This document shows positions 6,787 through 11,387 of a stretch of DNA of 11,387 nucleotides, in pieces. The DNA comes from Chlorokybus atmophyticus (Eukaryota > Plantae > Mesostigma and Chlorokybus algae), in assembly GCA_009103225.1 (NCBI GenBank), contig RHPI01000671.1:389545-400931 (forward strand), in the 5' to 3' direction. The notes beneath the pieces are model-generated. The model was not told the DNA's origin, searched no databases, and saw only the letters and a list, made by a program, of their open reading frames with translations. Position 1 is the stretch's first letter, and every line of letters begins with the position of its first letter. Made by a program: the position numbers and the translations under genes.

Positions 6787-8601
6787 GTGCTCTCTCTTGG
6801 AGTGGCGGACCAACATCTCTCAACTCTCCTGTACACAACTCAAAGTGTGTGTTGCAATTTGTACCAATCGACATTAACTATGCATGTACACAACCCATAG
6901 CAGCTACGTCGCCGCTACAAACACTGCGTCAGCTTCTTAACAAGATCTAAACGTACAACTTGAGAGCTATTAACTCAAATTTGTTGACACATGTTGTAGC
7001 TAGGATATGAGAGATCCATGAACTGCAAAACCTTTTCTGTGTTGGTACTCAAGGGGAATATTTGTAAAAGATCAAAGAACTCTTACCCTCTTAAAAATAT
7101 GACATAAAATTTCTGCTAACATGGTAGCAGGATTGGCTCGCCTCCACCCTCTGTTTGTTCTCGCTTGCCGGTTCCTCAGCTGAGCCCTTGACCCCTGAGA
7201 CGCATGCACGCGCACGCAACAACCACGAACAAGGCAAAACACAAACACCACATAAGCGATGACCAAGTGCTGCGGAGTAAGTTTTAAGTCAACAAGCTTC
7301 TTGATTAAGGATGAATGTGGACAAGCACACAGCAGTCATGCAAGTGCGTCCGTGTGTAATTCACATTTGCTAAGTAAAATGAGTTTACGTGCTGCAAGCA
7401 CTCACTTAAAAGCAAGCTAGTGGATACCCACAACCGTGATTATGATTGTGCAAGGCATGCAAAGTACCGTGTTACGCAAGGAAGGATGCGATTCGCAGGC
7501 AACTAGGCGGTAGCAGCGCTCGGAGGTCAACGCAACAATGCAAGAGCGGAAGCAGAGCACGCAGGGCAAGGCAACAACAGGGAAAAAGGTACACAGCGAA
7601 GGAGTTCGAGCGACATCTCTCACACAGTCAACTCTTACACAAAGCAGCATGCATGCACGCAGTTTGCCTAGTCTGATGGGGACTTTTGGAAGTCTTGGAA
7701 GGAATGCCGCCGCTTCCGCACCACTCCGCTTAATTGCAACTTACTACCAACTAATATCCTAGGTTTGCTTGAGGAAGTTGTCGATATCAGCCGCCGCCAC
7801 TACTCTTGTCCTCATTGGCTTGCCCTGGAAAGCGGTGTTGATGGGTCTTGTCACGATGTTCGACGACTGATGATCTGGTGTAAGCAATCCTGATGCTGGT
7901 GGGAGCGCACAAGGGGTGTGAGGGAGAAGTGCGTACCGAGGGTCATCCCTGTGACATCTATGAGATTCTTGCAAGTTTGCTGAGCAATATACCATTATCA
8001 AGAGACTGGCGCGCAACGGGTAGGGCATAAGGCATAATGGTCGTGATGGGTGTAATTTAGGGTGTTCTGAGCATAATAAACGTGACAGCGTGATCAGTAT
8101 GTTCAGTATGACGTGATGGGTGTGGCGTGATGACACTATGCTAGTTTAATAATACTTTCAACCGAGTCAGCTTGAGCCACACATTGCTACTCTATGTGCG
8201 CTTCTTTATGATCAATACAAGCGTGCAAGTGTATACTGCACGCAAATAACACCTTGCTTCATTACGTGGTCGCTTGTCCTCAACTACGACTGTGTCCACA
8301 AGTCGCAATGCTGATAAGTGTAAGACGTGAGTACATGTTGTGCAATACAAGTGCTTAAGCACACGACTGTTGTGTGCAGCAGGCCTCATTGCATACGACC
8401 ATAAGCACAAGTGCAATGAGATGGTACATTACCCAAAGGCCGTTAATAAGCAAGGCAACTCGTTTGTGTGCTACTTCGTTCTTGGGGTGTAAGCAACTCC
8501 TGTCACATTCCTTTGTACACATAACTATTATCGTCATATTATCATAAAGCATCATGGATGGTACGTGCATAGCAACATCAGGGTGTGCATGACCATGTGT
8601 G

Positions 8602-8650
<49 letters not shown>

Positions 8651-8652
8651 AT
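8602..8652. repeat. Imperfect (TA)n microsatellite
   Basis: About 50 nt of TA repeats with a few CA/TG interruptions. Confidence 0.95.
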
Positions 8653-8915
8653 AAATGCGCATGGTTATGGTACACTGTCCCTGTAGCTATAATTACACAG
8701 TCATTGTACCGGTATTGTGCTTTCTTTGAGATGTTTTCTGGGTTGGCTCGTTACTAGACGACGATGCAATGCATATGTACAAACATCATGGGTCCAAGAA
8801 TCACCTACATACAACTACCATTTACAGCAGGTCTGTCTGCTAGACCACGTCTGATAAAGTCATGCCGGCCACATCGCCCAACGCCGTATCGAGAACGGGA
8901 CGAAAGGCTGTACAG

Positions 8916-8961
8916 GCAGCTTCATCACGAGACGCTAGCTAGCGTCTCGTGATGAAGCTGC
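8916..8961. repeat. Perfect 46-bp palindrome with no spacer
   Basis: GCAGCTTCATCACGAGACGCTAG|CTAGCGTCTCGTGATGAAGCTGC, 23/23 complementary. Confidence 0.97.
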
Positions 8962-9360
8962 TCGTGCAGCACCCGTCGGCAAAGCCAAGGTAGTGGATGC
9001 CTGAGAACACTGCGGACGACGGAGACACCCTAGCGACACTGGGCGACCAAAGCACTGAATGAAGCGACTCTCCAACTCGCGTGCATCAGCCACACATGTC
9101 GAGTGCACAAGGAAAACAAACAGCAGCTCGACAGCCAGTGCTCCCAGCCAGCCGCGAGTCTCAATGGCTAAAGGGATGACGGTGTCATAATCGGCGTGGT
9201 CGTGGTACTTGGCCTTCTTCTCGCACTCAGCTGCCATGACCCCCGCACCCGGATATGGCCGGTAGGCCGTAACTGTCACGTTCACAGCATGCGACTGTCT
9301 AGTTAACCAGTTAACAGTGTGGTGGAGCAGCTCAAGAAAGAAAAGTCCATCAGTGGGACA
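8962..9360 (-). mobile_element. 5'-truncated non-LTR retrotransposon fragment encoding a C-terminal restriction-like endonuclease (CRE/NeSL-type)
   Basis: Inside ORF 8935-9384(-): NW...AVNVTV (cf. W..G..ALDVTV, catalytic D apparently replaced by N), AAECEKKAKY (E..K..KY) and IPLAIETRGWLGALAVELL (F.P.A.ET.G..G..A..LL). Clade assignment is from motif memory. Confidence 0.68.
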
Positions 9361-9940
9361 GCTTTGTGTAGTACTTGCCCACAAAACACTGTTGTGACGT
9401 CACCGTGGCAGCTTGACCAGCTGTGGCCTGGGCAGGCCAGCAGGCCGTGTATGGTCGGGCAGCCTGACCAGCGCCTGATGTATACACTCCCACATGCCAT
9501 CCCATCAACCATGGTGAATGGCACACGAGGGAGGGTTGTGCTTGCCTGGCTGAGGTGTAAACAGGAACACGTACCAACAATTGTGCAAGCAACAAAGAAC
9601 AACAGGTGGACCGCACAATTACTTTTATGTCTTGGGTGAGGGTGCGGACGCGCTTTGAGTGTGTAGGGTCGAGCATGTGCACATGCCCACATGTGTGTGC
9701 ATGCGTGCATGCAAGCATGCGCGTATTTGAAACAGTCGCTGGCAATCATGCAAGGTGCACATCTCATCGCATGTAACAAAATATCGTATGTTGCACTTGT
9801 ATGCAAGCCATTGGCTACTTGTACTATCTACACACACTTTATTCAACTTGTACCCAGGCTGCATAACCTTAGTAAAAGTATTGTCACCCAAATTTGGCCA
9901 CGGCACATTGCCGCACTGCCCCAACCTATGCGTACAGCCT
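9350..9940 (-). other. Possible additional downstream exons of the HRGP gene (unresolved)
   Basis: Cys-containing open frames GQCGNVPWPNLG...CDEMCTLHDC (ORF 9625-9924) and CHSPW..GVYTSGAGQAARPYTAC...CFVGKYY (end of ORF 9350-9745) echo the upstream WAYYTGAG...PC...VGK domain. A splice path could not be fixed. Confidence 0.25.
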
Positions 9941-10074
9941 ATACACCAACTGCAATCCCACTACCTCAAAACAAAGTGGAGTTCATTCTGCTTGAAGACT
10001 CCGCAACTTGTGTTGCTGTGGTCTATTATTGTTGCTGTTGTCGACGCCAACCAACCAGTTGACTACTCTCAAAC

Positions 10075-10601
10075 TCAAGTACACAACTTTCCAACCTTCC
10101 ACTTGCTGGAGTTCATGTTGTACTGCGCCTCACCATAGCAGGTGTTGGGGTTTGTGCTCGCGTTGTAGAACTTGCAAGGCTGCAGGGCAAGTTTGCGTGA
10201 GTGAGTGGGCGTGTATGCGTGTGTGTGAATGATACACAAGAAGACGGGGAGGGGGCAATGTCCGTTGACATTACCTTGACATAGGTTTCCACTGCGTCAG
10301 TGATAGGGGCTGGCCCAGCGCCAGTGTAGTACGCCCAGTATTTGCATGACAAGTCGGCAATACACCTGATGCACACACACTCGATGTCACACATGTTGAC
10401 GCGGGTGGGATGGGGAAAAGGGCAGCTACTTGTGTTTGCGTGCGTGGGTGCGTGCGTGTGTGCTTACTTTGTGCAGCACGCCGCCGCACTCGCCGTGTTG
10501 TTGACGATGGCGTAACGCTGGAGAGGCGGTGTCTTCCATATGTAGTTGCCATACACCTGGGAGCAGTACGCCGAGCAGGTAGCATTACCGCTTGCTGCAG
10601 T
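10075..10601 (-). CDS. Three exons (10601-10468, 10365-10275, 10179-10075) encoding a PAN/apple-like domain
   Basis: S.AACC..C.....C.YW.Y....C.FY and a terminal VGK.C resemble the PAN/apple Cys pattern. The family call is from motif recognition, not a profile search. Confidence 0.65.
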
Positions 10602-11387
10602 CTGTGCACAGGTACAGGCACACACGTCAGTCAGGTCATTGACAATACACGCATGTGCACACTTGCATACACACACACGCGCGTACACTCACCTCCAGGA
10701 AGAAGCCCCGGTTGCAGGTGCAAGTGTAGTTGGCCCCTCCTTGAGTGGGCACGCAAGTCCCGCCGCTACCGCACGGTTTTGGAATGCAAACTGCACACAC
10801 ACCAACAGACACGATGAGCAGATGGGGAGTATACATCAACAACAACACCCGCAACAGTGACATGAAGAACAACATCAACATCAACACGTACTGGAGGGTG
10901 TTGGCGGAGGAGGAGGAGACTTGGGAGGCGGCGGAGAGCGAGGGGGTGGTGGAGACCCACGAAGTGGAGGAGAAGGTGGTGGTGGCGAGGGTGGCGAGGG
11001 TGGAGGAGAAGGTGGGGGTGGTGAGGGAGGAGCAGGTGGTGGCGGCGAAGGTGGAGATGGTGGTGGAGGCGAAGGTGGAGATGGTGGAGGCGAAGGTGGA
11101 GGTGGAGAGGGAGGAGAGGGTGGAGGAGAAGGCGGTGGAGGTGAAGGTGGCGATGGTGGAGGCGATGGCGGTGGAGGTGACGGTGGCGACGGTGGAGGAG
11201 AAGGTGGATGTGGCGAGGGAGGAGAGGGTGGAGGCGAAGGTGGTGGTGGCGACGGTGGGGATGGTGGAGGCGAGGGTGGTGGAGGTGAAGGTGGAGGAGG
11301 TGGTGGAGGTGACGGAGATGGTGGAGGAGGTGGTGGAGGTGGAGGAGACGGAGAGGGTGGAGGCGGAGGGGGAGACGGAGAGGGTGG
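10075..11387 (-). CDS. 3' part of a multi-exon gene for a chimeric hydroxyproline-rich glycoprotein: Ser-Pro rod + EGF-like + PAN/apple-like domain (5' end outside the window)
   Basis: Exons 11387-10892, 10790-10693, 10601-10468, 10365-10275 and 10179-10075 are joined by four GT-AG introns (101, 91, 102, 95 nt) with consistent phases 1, 0, 2, 0. Product: (SPn)...PTPS-ICIPKPCGSGGTCVPTQGGANYTCTCNRGFFLETAASGNATC-SAYCSQVYGNYIWKTPPLQRYAIVNNTASAAACCTKCIADLSCKYWAYYTGAGPAPITDAVETYVKPCKFYNASTNPNTCYGEAQYNMNSSKWKVGKLCT*. The stop position is less certain than the internal exons. Confidence 0.85.
10693..10790 (-). CDS. EGF-like domain exon
   Basis: C-x4-C-x5-C-x10-C-x-C, with the sixth Cys in the next exon. 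TGCAG acceptor and GTGAGT donor. Confidence 0.88.
10892..11387 (-). CDS. Ser/Pro-rich exon (extensin/pherophorin-like rod), partial
   Basis: 165 open codons, almost all Pro or Ser, with variation concentrated at third positions; ends at donor A|GTACGT. Confidence 0.92.
11073..11288 (-). repeat. Six consecutive 36-bp coding repeats encoding SPPPP-SPPP-SPP
   Basis: Ser codons fall at an exact 36-nt period (codon blocks at 11286, 11250, 11214, 11178, 11142, 11106), with one P>H change and synonymous divergence between units. Confidence 0.9.

Noticed and set aside
8056-8062. TTTAGGG plant telomere motif
   Set aside because: Single copy, expected by chance.
7759-8136. ORF 7759-8136(-) as a Copia RNase H remnant (DHQS..., ADI)
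   Set aside because: Motif spacing and the KHID motif do not match; the resemblance is at chance level.
10410-10860. + strand ORFs 10410-10817 and 10546-10860
   Set aside because: They are antisense to well-supported EGF/PAN exons and introns of the minus-strand gene.
10892-11387. Gly-rich protein on the + strand
   Set aside because: It is the antisense shadow of Pro codons; splice signals and the linked Cys-rich exons place the gene on the minus strand.

Overview
Eukaryotic nuclear DNA, probably from a green-lineage alga. That assignment is inferred from about 50% GC, 75-102 nt GT-AG introns, an SPPPP-type HRGP and a tRNA-iMet primer-binding site. The left half is a nest of transposable elements. 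It opens with the 5' end of a minus-strand Ty3/Gypsy retrotransposon (LTR 547-1219, PBS, partial gag). Next is a decayed, intron-containing CACTA/En-Spm transposase on the + strand (~1900-5790), interrupted twice: by a 553-bp TRIM-like element (120-bp LTRs, perfect TTGTC target duplication, PBS, and a tRNA T-arm/B-box next to the PBS), and by an unclassified ~1.6-kb insertion rich in repeated motifs and hairpins. The middle holds a 98-nt pre-miRNA-like foldback, a (TA)n tract, a perfect 46-bp palindrome and a restriction-like-endonuclease non-LTR retrotransposon fragment. The right end holds the 3' part of a minus-strand multi-exon gene encoding a Ser-Pro rod (SP4-SP3-SP2 periodicity), an EGF-like domain and a PAN/apple-like domain. 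Most ORF-track entries are spurious, and the two clearest coding frames (gag and the SP-rich exon) are missing from the track because they run off the window edges.
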